From the NCBI GenBank assembly GCA_030266385.1, contig JAJDHY010000001.1:1-40000 (forward strand): a stretch of DNA of 40,000 bases, read 5' to 3'. This document shows positions 1-7,023 of the stretch, one piece after another. Position numbers and translations under genes: made by a program. The notes under the pieces are model-generated. The model was not told the DNA's origin. It did not search any database and saw only the letters and a program-made list of their open reading frames with translations. Numbering within the stretch: the stretch's first letter is position 1; each line of letters starts with the position of its first letter. This stretch comes from Desulfovibrio sp. OttesenSCG-928-I05. Lineage in GTDB: Bacteria; Desulfobacterota; Desulfovibrionia; Desulfovibrionales; Desulfovibrionaceae.

Positions 1-165
1 AGCAGGCAGACCAGCAGCCCGGCCAGCCAGAAGTGTGTTCGCGCCAGAGGCCGCATACTCATGTTATAGGGCATACCCGGCTTCCTTTTCATTAACAGCC
101 TCCGTGCTATAGAGTATTTATTGTACTGAAAATATATGTCGCCCATGTTTTAACTGTGATTACTT

Positions 166-1926
166 TCATGGAGTAGAATTTATTATGTAATATCCACTGA
201 CAAAACAGGAGGCGTTTGCATGATTCTTGCTGTCATCTTCCAAAAAGTAGATTGAACTGACGCCATCAGAGGAAACATTGGATACAATTCCTGTATAGCA
301 TACATGGCTGTCGTCATTGCTTTGTGCTATTTTGAATGCGTTGAGCAGAAAGGCATATTCTTTGACGGCAGTGTTGGGGGCTGACAACGGCGCTTTACCT
401 TGGATAAGGGTAAGCTTGAGGGCTTTTGGCAATTGGATCGATTTGCCGACTACAGATTTGTTGGCCTTGTGCCCGCTGTTGTCGGACATATACCCGCTCC
501 ACTTGCCGTCTTTGAAATCAACGCCATACTCTTTTAAATGATGGTCATCGCCTTTAAATTCAAAATTAAAGGCCTGTATGGCGGATATGGTTTCTGTTTC
601 TGCTTCCTTAAGTTTGTCCTTAGGGTATGCGACAACCACAACAGTGATATAGCTTTGAGCTTGAACTAGCTTGTGGCCTGAATCATCAGCCAGGGTTGCC
701 GATGTACTGATCTTGACGCTACGTTCGCCTATCAACTCGGATTTAAGCTTTACACCCAGCTTTTTTACATGATGATCCGTGCTGCCAAAGCTGAGATAAA
801 AGTCTTTGATTCCTGTAATGTAGGTTTCGTCACTGATATCAAAGTCGAAATCAAATACGCATGAGCCACCGGGCTTGAGGGTTTGATGCCGGACATAGTG
901 AGCGTATAGCGGAGTGAATATTTCTGTGGGGTCTTCTATAAATTCTGATTCGGCAGAATCCTCTTTGCCGACAGCGCCGGATATTTTTTCATATGTGACT
1001 ATTGCTCCGCCTTGGGCGTCTTTGGCGGCTGCAACTTTAATCTTGAGTATAGCCCACTTATCTGGATCTTCTGTTTCATATTCGCTGTTTGCAGAACCAA
1101 CGCAGAAAAACCTTCGTTTGGTATACCCTACGTCATCACTCTCTCCAGATGATTGAGCATCGAAGCAATGAGAATGTCCATAAACCATGGCAATTATATT
1201 GTAGCCTGAGATCACTTTCAGAAAACTATTTTGGTCGCGTTGGGGCCACCAGTCATATTCACCACCGCTGTGCTCAAACCCGTAATGCTGAAATATGATG
1301 ATAGGCTCATGCTTTCCGATCGCATTTAGGGAATTTTGAAGAAATCTTTTGGATTTATAGAAGAAGTGCCTGCCAGCATTATAGTATTTTATGTTCCTGT
1401 CATCGTCGCCCATGCCAAGATTGAGCATAATGAAGTGAAAGCGCACGCCTCCAACAACATGCGACCATCTGTAGTAAGCGTCTTTGTACTGCGGGTCAGC
1501 CAAATCGACACTTTGGTTGACGGATAATGCGATATATTCATTATCCTTCAACGCCTTTCTTCTATAATCCGCCTGAGCATTGGCGATAAACTCATATCGT
1601 CCCAAATACTTTGCATGTGAAACATCATATTCAATATATACATCGTGGTTGCCAAAGCCTTCGCAAACGACGAACCCATTCGAATCTTTATTTTTCCAGA
1701 CCGATAGATAGGCCGTATCGTCATCATCCTGATTGTCTCTTGTCAAATCGCCGGGTATGACGACATATTTACGCGTACACTTGTCCTTATCGTTTTTGAT
1801 GTATTTTTTGATGCTCTTGTTAATATCCTTGCTATAATCTGTAAAATCACCCTTTGGAGGGTGCCCGCAAAAATGAACGTCTGAAAAGGCATATATGATG
1901 AAATCATACTGTTCGGATTCTGTCAT
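166..1926 (-). CDS. Calcineurin-like metallophosphoesterase fused to a C-terminal three-fold repeat domain of unknown function
   Basis: 586-aa ORF with a strong SD (AAGGAGG about 7 nt upstream of the ATG at 1926). All five MPE motifs are visible: SDVH, PGDLTRD, GNHD, FQHYG, GHSHCF. No signal peptide. The C-terminal ~230 aa contain three degenerate repeats, each with D-(H/S)-H then D-(D/N)-S-(G/K)-(H/N). AT-rich composition. Confidence 0.85.
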   Translation of the reverse strand: MTESEQYDFIIYAFSDVHFCGHPPKGDFTDYSKDINKSIKKYIKNDKDKCTRKYVVIPGDLTRDNQDDDDTAYLSVWKNKDSNGFVVCEGFGNHDVYIEYDVSHAKYLGRYEFIANAQADYRRKALKDNEYIALSVNQSVDLADPQYKDAYYRWSHVVGGVRFHFIMLNLGMGDDDRNIKYYNAGRHFFYKSKRFLQNSLNAIGKHEPIIIFQHYGFEHSGGEYDWWPQRDQNSFLKVISGYNIIAMVYGHSHCFDAQSSGESDDVGYTKRRFFCVGSANSEYETEDPDKWAILKIKVAAAKDAQGGAIVTYEKISGAVGKEDSAESEFIEDPTEIFTPLYAHYVRHQTLKPGGSCVFDFDFDISDETYITGIKDFYLSFGSTDHHVKKLGVKLKSELIGERSVKISTSATLADDSGHKLVQAQSYITVVVVAYPKDKLKEAETETISAIQAFNFEFKGDDHHLKEYGVDFKDGKWSGYMSDNSGHKANKSVVGKSIQLPKALKLTLIQGKAPLSAPNTAVKEYAFLLNAFKIAQSNDDSHVCYTGIVSNVSSDGVSSIYFLEDDSKNHANASCFVSGYYIINSTP

Positions 1927-1985
1927 GGCTCTCCTCCTTACAAAAAAGTATTAAAAATTACCTGCTCCATTCTTCACGGCATAAG

Positions 1986-2023
1986 GCAAAAAAAGAGCCT
2001 GGAGGCGGAAAACCGCGTCCGGG
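1986..2023 (-). terminator. Terminator-like hairpin plus T-run on the minus strand, 60-100 nt upstream of the MPE start
   Basis: Minus strand reads CCCGGACGCGG-TTTT-CCGCCTCCAGG (11-bp stem, 2 mismatches), then CTCTTTTTTT. Confidence 0.4.
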
Positions 2024-2034
2024 CGAACAAATGT

Positions 2035-2061
2035 AAAAATCGCGCTTTTGAAAAAAAGCGC
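2035..2061 (-). terminator. Second terminator-like hairpin on the minus strand
   Basis: Minus strand reads GCGCTTTT-TTTC-AAAAGCGC (8-bp perfect stem), then GATTTTT. Confidence 0.35.
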
Positions 2062-2074
2062 ATATATAGTGGAG

Positions 2075-2112
<38 letters not shown>

Positions 2113-2330
2113 CAAAAGCCGTGCTACTATAGACGGCGGAACCGCCATCGGAAGCGGCTGGACACCGGCGATGGACTTTCTTTGTGCTCATGATTCTCTC
2201 TATTGTATATGGCTATTTTTTTGACATGGCTGTGTCATGAAGTCAAGGCGCATTATTCCATAAAAACCCGGTTCCTGGCGGCTGGAAAAGCAACGGAGTG
2301 ATGAACAATGCGGCATTCGGCGAGGGTTGC

Positions 2331-2642
2331 CTACGTCTTTTTAAGCCGCCTTTGCATTTTGTGTATCTTTTCTACTCCATAGCGTTTTGCAATCCATACA
2401 AGAAGGGTTTCCGTGTTATACACGATATTTCGCCCAACTTTATAGGCAATTTCCGGTCCTTCTCCTGTCGCATCGGCATTGGAGAGCGATTGATTCGCTA
2501 TAACTCCACCAAGGCACTTTTCAATTTGCTTTCGCGCAATATACGGGGGTAAGCTGTCAATGAACACCTGAACAAACTCATGCTCTGTCTCGGTAAGCTC
2601 TTTGCTTTGATACAAAACTTCCTTCCTCTTTTTGTAGGGCAA
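2331..2642 (-). CDS. Small hypothetical protein, possibly an HTH/excisionase-like DNA-binding protein
   Basis: 103-codon open frame in AT-rich DNA. There is no ATG start. TTG at 2642 has no SD, whereas TTG at 2612 is preceded by GAGGAAGGAAG. The pattern GEGPEIAYKVGRNIVY..LLVWI resembles HTH_17/Xis-type proteins; this is a weak call. Confidence 0.45.
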   Translation of the reverse strand: MPYKKRKEVLYQSKELTETEHEFVQVFIDSLPPYIARKQIEKCLGGVIANQSLSNADATGEGPEIAYKVGRNIVYNTETLLVWIAKRYGVEKIHKMQRRLKKT

Positions 2643-2716
2643 TATAGGTTAATGGTTCGCGGAAATAGCTACCGAAAAAATCGGCATAATTCAAGATGGG
2701 TACTCGTGTATTGCAC

Positions 2717-2747
2717 CATACCGTGACGTACCTTGAGAATTTTTTCC
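2717..2747. repeat. Degenerate third copy of the ICE att repeat
   Basis: CATACCgtgaCGTACCtTGAgaaTTTTTTC compared with attL CATACCtctgCGTACCcTGActtTTTTTTC: about 22 of 30 identical, same orientation. Confidence 0.35.
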
Positions 2748-2783
2748 TTTGAAATAATTTAATAAAAATATTTTTTGATAAAA

Positions 2784-2816
2784 AAAGACTGCTCCGAAAA
2801 AATCGGAACAGTCTTT
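2784..2816. terminator. Bidirectional rho-independent terminator
   Basis: AAAGACTGCTCCGA-aaaaa-TCGGAACAGTCTTT (14-bp stem, 1 mismatch), flanked by an A-run and a T-run. It lies 20 nt past the stop of the 2838-3050 gene. Confidence 0.6.
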
Positions 2817-2837
2817 TAGAAGGGTTTTCAAAAAGAT

Positions 2838-3050
2838 TTATTTATCTCGCACTGTTGCTATTGATATGAAGGTGCGCATCGCTTCCTGAATGGTCATTAC
2901 AGAGTGCATCAGGGGAAGGTGCAGGGGGTCGGAGCGGGCCTTTGTGTCATTCTGTGCTTGCTCTTCTGAAAACTTGAGAAGTTCGGAACGTAAAGCGTCC
3001 ATTGCCGCCTGAATAGACTTCAAATTGTCTGCTGTGGTTCCTTTTTCCAT
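2838..3050 (-). CDS. Hypothetical small protein (70 aa)
   Basis: ATG with SD AAGGAG, followed by the terminator. No recognisable motif. Confidence 0.55.
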   Translation of the reverse strand: MEKGTTADNLKSIQAAMDALRSELLKFSEEQAQNDTKARSDPLHLPLMHSVMTIQEAMRTFISIATVRDK

Positions 3051-3223
3051 GGCCTTACTCCTTTTTGAGCAGGGCGAAGGGAACGGTTTTCACAGCCAGA
3101 CTTGGGACGCCTGGGGGAAGCAGCCTTCCCTTGTTCTCCCCGTCGTACTGCCCGTTACAAGTTCATGGCCGGGCAAAATGCGGGTACTCTCCCAACAATA
3201 TAGTGACTGATTTTTTGTGAAAG

Positions 3224-3532
3224 TCAATACGGCTCCAAGCCCTGCGCTTCTCGTTTCACGTTCTCTTCCGCAAGCGTCACCAGATAGCCGAGCGGTTGAT
3301 TCAAAACCTGGGCCATACGCTGCGCATCTCCAAAAACAAGCCGCTGCTGCTTTCCCGCACGCTTTCCCTGGTAGCCCTCTGTAAGCAGCTTGATTTTTTC
3401 GTGTGCGCGTTTTTCGTCTTTGTCGTGCCATACCTTAATTGCAAATTCTTTTAAGGCGCTTTCCGTGCAACCGGCTTTTCTGACGACAAGCTGCACAAAA
3501 GCTCTCTCAAATTTCTCCGCATAAAATTTCAT
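3224..3532 (-). CDS. Hypothetical protein (102 aa)
   Basis: ATG at 3532 with SD GAGGT. It abuts the attL repeat directly. No recognisable motif. Confidence 0.55.
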   Translation of the reverse strand: MKFYAEKFERAFVQLVVRKAGCTESALKEFAIKVWHDKDEKRAHEKIKLLTEGYQGKRAGKQQRLVFGDAQRMAQVLNQPLGYLVTLAEENVKREAQGLEPY

Positions 3533-3533
3533 T

Positions 3534-3575
3534 CATACCTCTGCGTACCCTGACTTTTTTTTCGGGTCTGGCGGA
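3534..3575. repeat. attL-type direct repeat (ICE end distal to the tRNA)
   Basis: CATACC tct GCGTACCCTGACTT ttttttcgggtc TGGCGGA. It matches 31171-31206 in three blocks of 6, 14 and 7 nt. Confidence 0.7.
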
Positions 3576-3662
3576 ACAAGTTTCCGTACAGGCCTGACAA
3601 ATCATGCTATCCGGTCGAAAAATTCGGCATATATTGCCCCAATTTCAACCAAAGGGAAATGC

Positions 3663-3869
3663 ATGAAACAAATTCTTGAACGGTTTTATTCCGTACTTGG
3701 GAGCCCGTCAAAGGTTGCTTGCTACCTTCAATATTCGGACAGGCAACTCCGAAATATTCGGAAAAAGGTGGAGCTTGGCGAACCGCTCGATCCGCGTGTC
3801 GAGCTTTGGATAAAAACAAAGCACGATCTGCTGCATAACGCCCTCACAATCCAGGGCAAAGGAAAATAA
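3663..3869 (+). CDS. Small basic protein, possible HTH regulator; first gene of the leader operon
   Basis: 68-aa ORF with an SD-like AGGGAAA. The segment SPSKVACYLQYSDRQLRNIRKK looks HTH-like. Confidence 0.5.
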   Translation: MKQILERFYSVLGSPSKVACYLQYSDRQLRNIRKKVELGEPLDPRVELWIKTKHDLLHNALTIQGKGK

Positions 3870-3874
3870 CCCCT

Positions 3875-4189
3875 ATGGACGCCAACAAACGCAAGATAGC
3901 GCGAAACGCGGCGAAAGTTGAATTTCTTGCAAACGCGGAAGAAATTTTGTCGATGCTGGACAAGGGTTTTAACAAATTCAACGTTTATAGCGCACTCACA
4001 GAAAAAGGGCGTCTAACCATGGCCTATCGTTCGTTTTGCTGGAATTTGCAGCAATTCAAAAACCCGGAAAAGAGACAAAAAGAGAAAAAAGACACGCCAA
4101 AATCTATTGCTGCACCCCCCCTGCGGGTACCGGCAAAAAAAGAGGGCTTCGGGCAGCTTGAAGACGTTGATGTAAGCAAACTCGTTTAG
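3875..4189 (+). CDS. traK: TraK-like oriT-binding protein (RP4 leader operon type)
   Basis: 104 aa. Resembles my recollection of RP4 TraK in the N-terminal helix region and the C-terminal GF...D..KL tail. It sits directly upstream of the traL homologue. Confidence 0.65.
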   Translation: MDANKRKIARNAAKVEFLANAEEILSMLDKGFNKFNVYSALTEKGRLTMAYRSFCWNLQQFKNPEKRQKEKKDTPKSIAAPPLRVPAKKEGFGQLEDVDVSKLV

Positions 4190-4212
4190 CAAGGGCTGTT
4201 AACCATGAACAT

Positions 4213-4265
4213 TTTGAAAACACAACTCCTGACTTCCACGCGAGGCAACAACTACGCGGGGAAAT
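4213..4265 (+). promoter_or_regulatory. Conserved leader element, copy 1, upstream of traL
   Basis: The 21-mer CTGACTTCCACGCGAGGCAAC (4229-4249) is identical to 20586-20606, and TTTGAAA..AACT precedes it in both copies. CCACGCG (4236-4242) can pair with CGCGGGG (4255-4261), which covers the SD. Confidence 0.5.
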
Positions 4266-4994
4266 ATGGCAACGGTACATTTTATCCAGCAAGGTAAGGG
4301 CGGCGTGGGCAAATCCATGATTGCCGCAATTCTTTATCAAGTCTTGCTCCACCTCGGCAAAGAGGTTGTCGCTTATGACACCGATCCCGTCAATGCCACC
4401 CTGACGGGCTTCAAGGAGTTTTCCGTCACCCGGCTGCACATTTTGAAGCAGGACAACATTGACGTCCGGGCCTTTGACGATCTTCTGGAAGGCATTTTTG
4501 AACTGCCCCAGGAAGCCCATGCCATTGTGGACAATGGCGCGTCAAGTTTCGTCGCCCTCGGCGGCTACCTGAAGGAAAACGACGTCATTCAACTGCTGGA
4601 AGACAACGGACACCGCGTTTTCCTGCATACGGTCATAACGGGCGGGCAAGCCATTCTTGATACGCTTGCCGGTCTGAACCTCCTGGTAAGCGGCTTTCCC
4701 AAGACGCCCATAGTGATCTGGTTGAATCACTACTTCGGGGAGATTCAGATAGACGGCAAGCCTTTTGAAACATTCAATATCTATAAAGAATACTCGCATC
4801 AGTTCCATGCCCTTGTGCCGATTCCGCAAGGCAATCAGGCCACTATCGGCAAAGACCTGGAAAACCTGTTTGCCAAGCGCCAAAGTTTCAAAACTGCTAT
4901 CAACTCCAGCCAGAGCATTGCGGTGCGCTCCCGCCTCATGCGGTATTGGAACGAACTGATTGCCGCTGTCGAAGCGGCGCAAATATCCGCGTAG
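4266..4994 (+). CDS. traL: TraL-like ParA/MinD-fold ATPase (RP4 TraL family)
   Basis: The N-terminus VHFIQQGKGGVGKS, then DTDPVNATL and DNGASSFV, closely match the RP4 TraL pattern. Confidence 0.9.
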   Translation: MATVHFIQQGKGGVGKSMIAAILYQVLLHLGKEVVAYDTDPVNATLTGFKEFSVTRLHILKQDNIDVRAFDDLLEGIFELPQEAHAIVDNGASSFVALGGYLKENDVIQLLEDNGHRVFLHTVITGGQAILDTLAGLNLLVSGFPKTPIVIWLNHYFGEIQIDGKPFETFNIYKEYSHQFHALVPIPQGNQATIGKDLENLFAKRQSFKTAINSSQSIAVRSRLMRYWNELIAAVEAAQISA

Positions 4995-5004
4995 GGGGGC
5001 TGGC

Positions 5005-5496
5005 ATGACAGAAGCTATGCAGACTCCCGAAGTGCCGCAAAAAGCAGCTGCCGTGGAAACTCCCGCCCCCGCTGCCGCCGAAACCGAAAAAGAGCCGCTT
5101 TTGCCTGATGGCATTGGGCTGTCCATTGAAAGCGTCCGTGATCTACTGGTGAAAATCCATGACTGCAAGGTATCGCTGGACGATCCGGTGCTGATGGTCG
5201 TTACGATGCTGAACGCCTACCTGGGGGAAGTCCAGACACTTCAAAAGAGACATGAGGCGGGTCTGTCCCGGCTCATGACCGACAAAACCGATGACTACAT
5301 GAAGGGCGTCAAAGAAGCGGTCAAGGCGTTGCAGGAAGGCCTTTCCTCGGCTTCGGTGGAAGGCATCAAGGCGGTTTTCAACGAGCATGATTCCCGCCTG
5401 AAAGCCTTCAAGAGCAATCTTTCCTGGCTTGCGGCCATTACCGCGTGTTCCGCGATTATCAACGTCATTGCGTTCGTGCTGATGGGGGTGCGCTGA
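5005..5496 (+). CDS. TraM-like protein (assigned by position), coiled coil with a C-terminal TM helix
   Basis: ATG at 5005 follows GGGGGG. Its stop overlaps the trbB start (TGATG). C-terminal hydrophobic helix LAAITACSAIINVIAFVLMG. Confidence 0.5.
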   Translation: MTEAMQTPEVPQKAAAVETPAPAAAETEKEPLLPDGIGLSIESVRDLLVKIHDCKVSLDDPVLMVVTMLNAYLGEVQTLQKRHEAGLSRLMTDKTDDYMKGVKEAVKALQEGLSSASVEGIKAVFNEHDSRLKAFKSNLSWLAAITACSAIINVIAFVLMGVR

Positions 5497-6470
5497 TGAT
5501 TGCCGCGCACGAAGATACGCGCCTTCTGGACAATCTGCGCTTTGCCTGCGGGCCGCTGATGGTTGGCGCTCTGGAAGACGAAGGCATTATTGAAATCATG
5601 CTGAACCCGGATTCCTCGCTGTGGATCGAGCGATACGGGCAAGACCATGAACGGATAGGGGAAATTCCGCGAAAAGCGGCGGAATCCATCATGTATCTGG
5701 TGGCAAGCGCCCTCAAACTGACCGTCAACGAAAAGAGTCCCATTGTGGAAGGCGAGTTTCCCCTTGACGGTTCCCGGTTTGAAGGCACGTTTCCGCCCAT
5801 TGTCGGGCCTGGGCCGTCCTTCTCCCTGCGCAAAAAGGCGAGCCGGGTTTTTACCCTGGAAGAATACATGCTTGCCGGTTCCGTCACGGCGGAAGTCGTG
5901 CGCATCATTGAAGACGCGGTGCTGCGCCGCTTGAATATCGTTGTGGTCGGGGGCACATCCAGCGGCAAGACTACCTTCGTCAATGCGGTCATTGACGCGG
6001 TTTTCCGGCTTACGCCTTCGCATCGGCTGCTCATTCTGGAAGATACGGCGGAACTGCAATCCAAAAGCCCCAACTCCGTTTTCCTGCGCACCTCTGTTCT
6101 CGCGGAAGTGGACATGCGAAAGCTGGCGAAAGTCAGTATGCGCTATGCGCCCAAACGTATCCTTGTGGGGGAAGTGCGCGACGCTGCCGCCCTGGAAATG
6201 CTGAAACTCTGGAACACCGGGCATCCGGGGGGAATCTCCACATTTCACGCGGACAGTGCGGAAGAGGCGCTTCCACGCCTGGAAGAACTGGTCGAGGAAG
6301 CGGGGCTTGGCCCGAAGCAAAAGCTCATAGGCAGGGCTGTGGATTTGGCGGTCTACATGGAAAAGACGCCGGATAACCAGCGGCGCATATCGAGCATTGT
6401 GCGGGTCAACGGCTTCAACGCCAAAACGGAAAGCTACAATACCGACGTTCTCTACAGCGTCGCCGCATGA
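5496..6470 (+). CDS. trbB: TrbB/VirB11 secretion ATPase
   Basis: Walker A GGTSSGKTT and the GEVRD and GHPG motifs. The ATG overlaps the upstream stop. Confidence 0.95.
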   Translation: MIAAHEDTRLLDNLRFACGPLMVGALEDEGIIEIMLNPDSSLWIERYGQDHERIGEIPRKAAESIMYLVASALKLTVNEKSPIVEGEFPLDGSRFEGTFPPIVGPGPSFSLRKKASRVFTLEEYMLAGSVTAEVVRIIEDAVLRRLNIVVVGGTSSGKTTFVNAVIDAVFRLTPSHRLLILEDTAELQSKSPNSVFLRTSVLAEVDMRKLAKVSMRYAPKRILVGEVRDAAALEMLKLWNTGHPGGISTFHADSAEEALPRLEELVEEAGLGPKQKLIGRAVDLAVYMEKTPDNQRRISSIVRVNGFNAKTESYNTDVLYSVAA

Positions 6471-6482
6471 AGGCAGGAAAGT

Positions 6483-6701
6483 ATGACCAATATCAATAAC
6501 GCTCTGCCTGAAATTCGGTGCCCGCGCTGTAACAAACTGCTTGCAAAGGGGGTGCTTGACGTCGGGATTATAGAGTTTCAATGCCCTGGTGATAAGTGCC
6601 ACAAAAGAAAGATAATCCTGCGGGCCACGCGCCCCAATCTTGCGCCGCATGACGGCCTCTATGGAGACAGTCATGTACGCAAAACCCCTTCTCAATCGTA
6701 G
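6483..6701 (+). CDS. Mu Com-like zinc-ribbon protein
   Basis: IRCPRCNKLLAKG....IEFQCPGDKCHKRKII matches the Com pattern (C-x2-C-N-K-L-L ... IEI-x-CP-x2-C). The ORF ends 29 nt inside trbC. Confidence 0.75.
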   Translation: MTNINNALPEIRCPRCNKLLAKGVLDVGIIEFQCPGDKCHKRKIILRATRPNLAPHDGLYGDSHVRKTPSQS

Positions 6702-6735
6702 CAACCTTCGTACCCCCGGCCTGGCGCTGCTCGGC
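6617..6735 (+). repeat. Translation-initiation module, copy A (Com tail, SD, ATG, start of signal peptide)
   Basis: 6617-6675 is about 50 of 59 identical to 12806-12864. 6711-6735 is 23 of 25 identical to 12882-12906. Confidence 0.9.
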
Positions 6736-7023
6736 CTGATGGCGTTTGCGCTGTTTTTCCCTGAAATTGCCGCCGCTTCCGGGGGCATCACGGAATTTTC
6801 CAGCCCACTTGAAAAGGTGGTGAATACTGTTACCGGCCCTGCCGGTAAGTGGATTTCCATTGTGGCAATGGCGCTGTGCGGCATCATCTTTATCATGAAT
6901 AAAGATGATATTTCAGGCGGCTTCAAGCTCCTGCTCGGCGTCGTCTTCGGCATCAGCTTCATCGCTTTTGCCGGGAGTATCGTCAATAGCGTGTTTACCT
7001 TCTCCGGGGCGCTGGTGGGGTAA
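6673..7023 (+). CDS. trbC: TrbC/VirB2 pilin precursor
   Basis: SD GGAGA 5 nt upstream of the ATG at 6673, a signal peptide, two TM helices, and the expected position between trbB and trbD. Confidence 0.85.
   Translation: MYAKPLLNRSNLRTPGLALLGLMAFALFFPEIAAASGGITEFSSPLEKVVNTVTGPAGKWISIVAMALCGIIFIMNKDDISGGFKLLLGVVFGISFIAFAGSIVNSVFTFSGALVG

Noticed and set aside
1-62. Possible start of a minus-strand gene (MSMRPLARTHFWLAGLLVCLL...) running off the left edge
   Set aside because: Only 20 codons are visible and the SD is weak. The region is GC-rich, which suggests the AT-rich islet ends near 63, but it is too short to call a feature.
2671-2690. The motif CGAAAAAATCGGCATA recurs at 3617-3632 (15 of 16) and partly at 2798-2809. 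It also resembles my recollection of the RP4 traK promoter (ACCGAAAAAATCGCTATAAT). I considered it as a shared operator, or as the promoter of an sRNA running from about 2697 to the 2816 terminator
   Set aside because: A rough estimate gives several 15-of-16 matches by chance in a 40-kb window, and the motif is AT-rich and low in complexity. The copies sit on opposite sides of their att-like repeats. This is not enough support for an operator or sRNA call.
2818-2836. GAAGGGTTTTCAA considered as a remnant of the tRNA-Asp 3' end (GAAGGGACTTGAACC)
   Set aside because: Only about 9 of 15 positions match. The real direct repeat was found at 3534-3575 and does not include this part of the tRNA.
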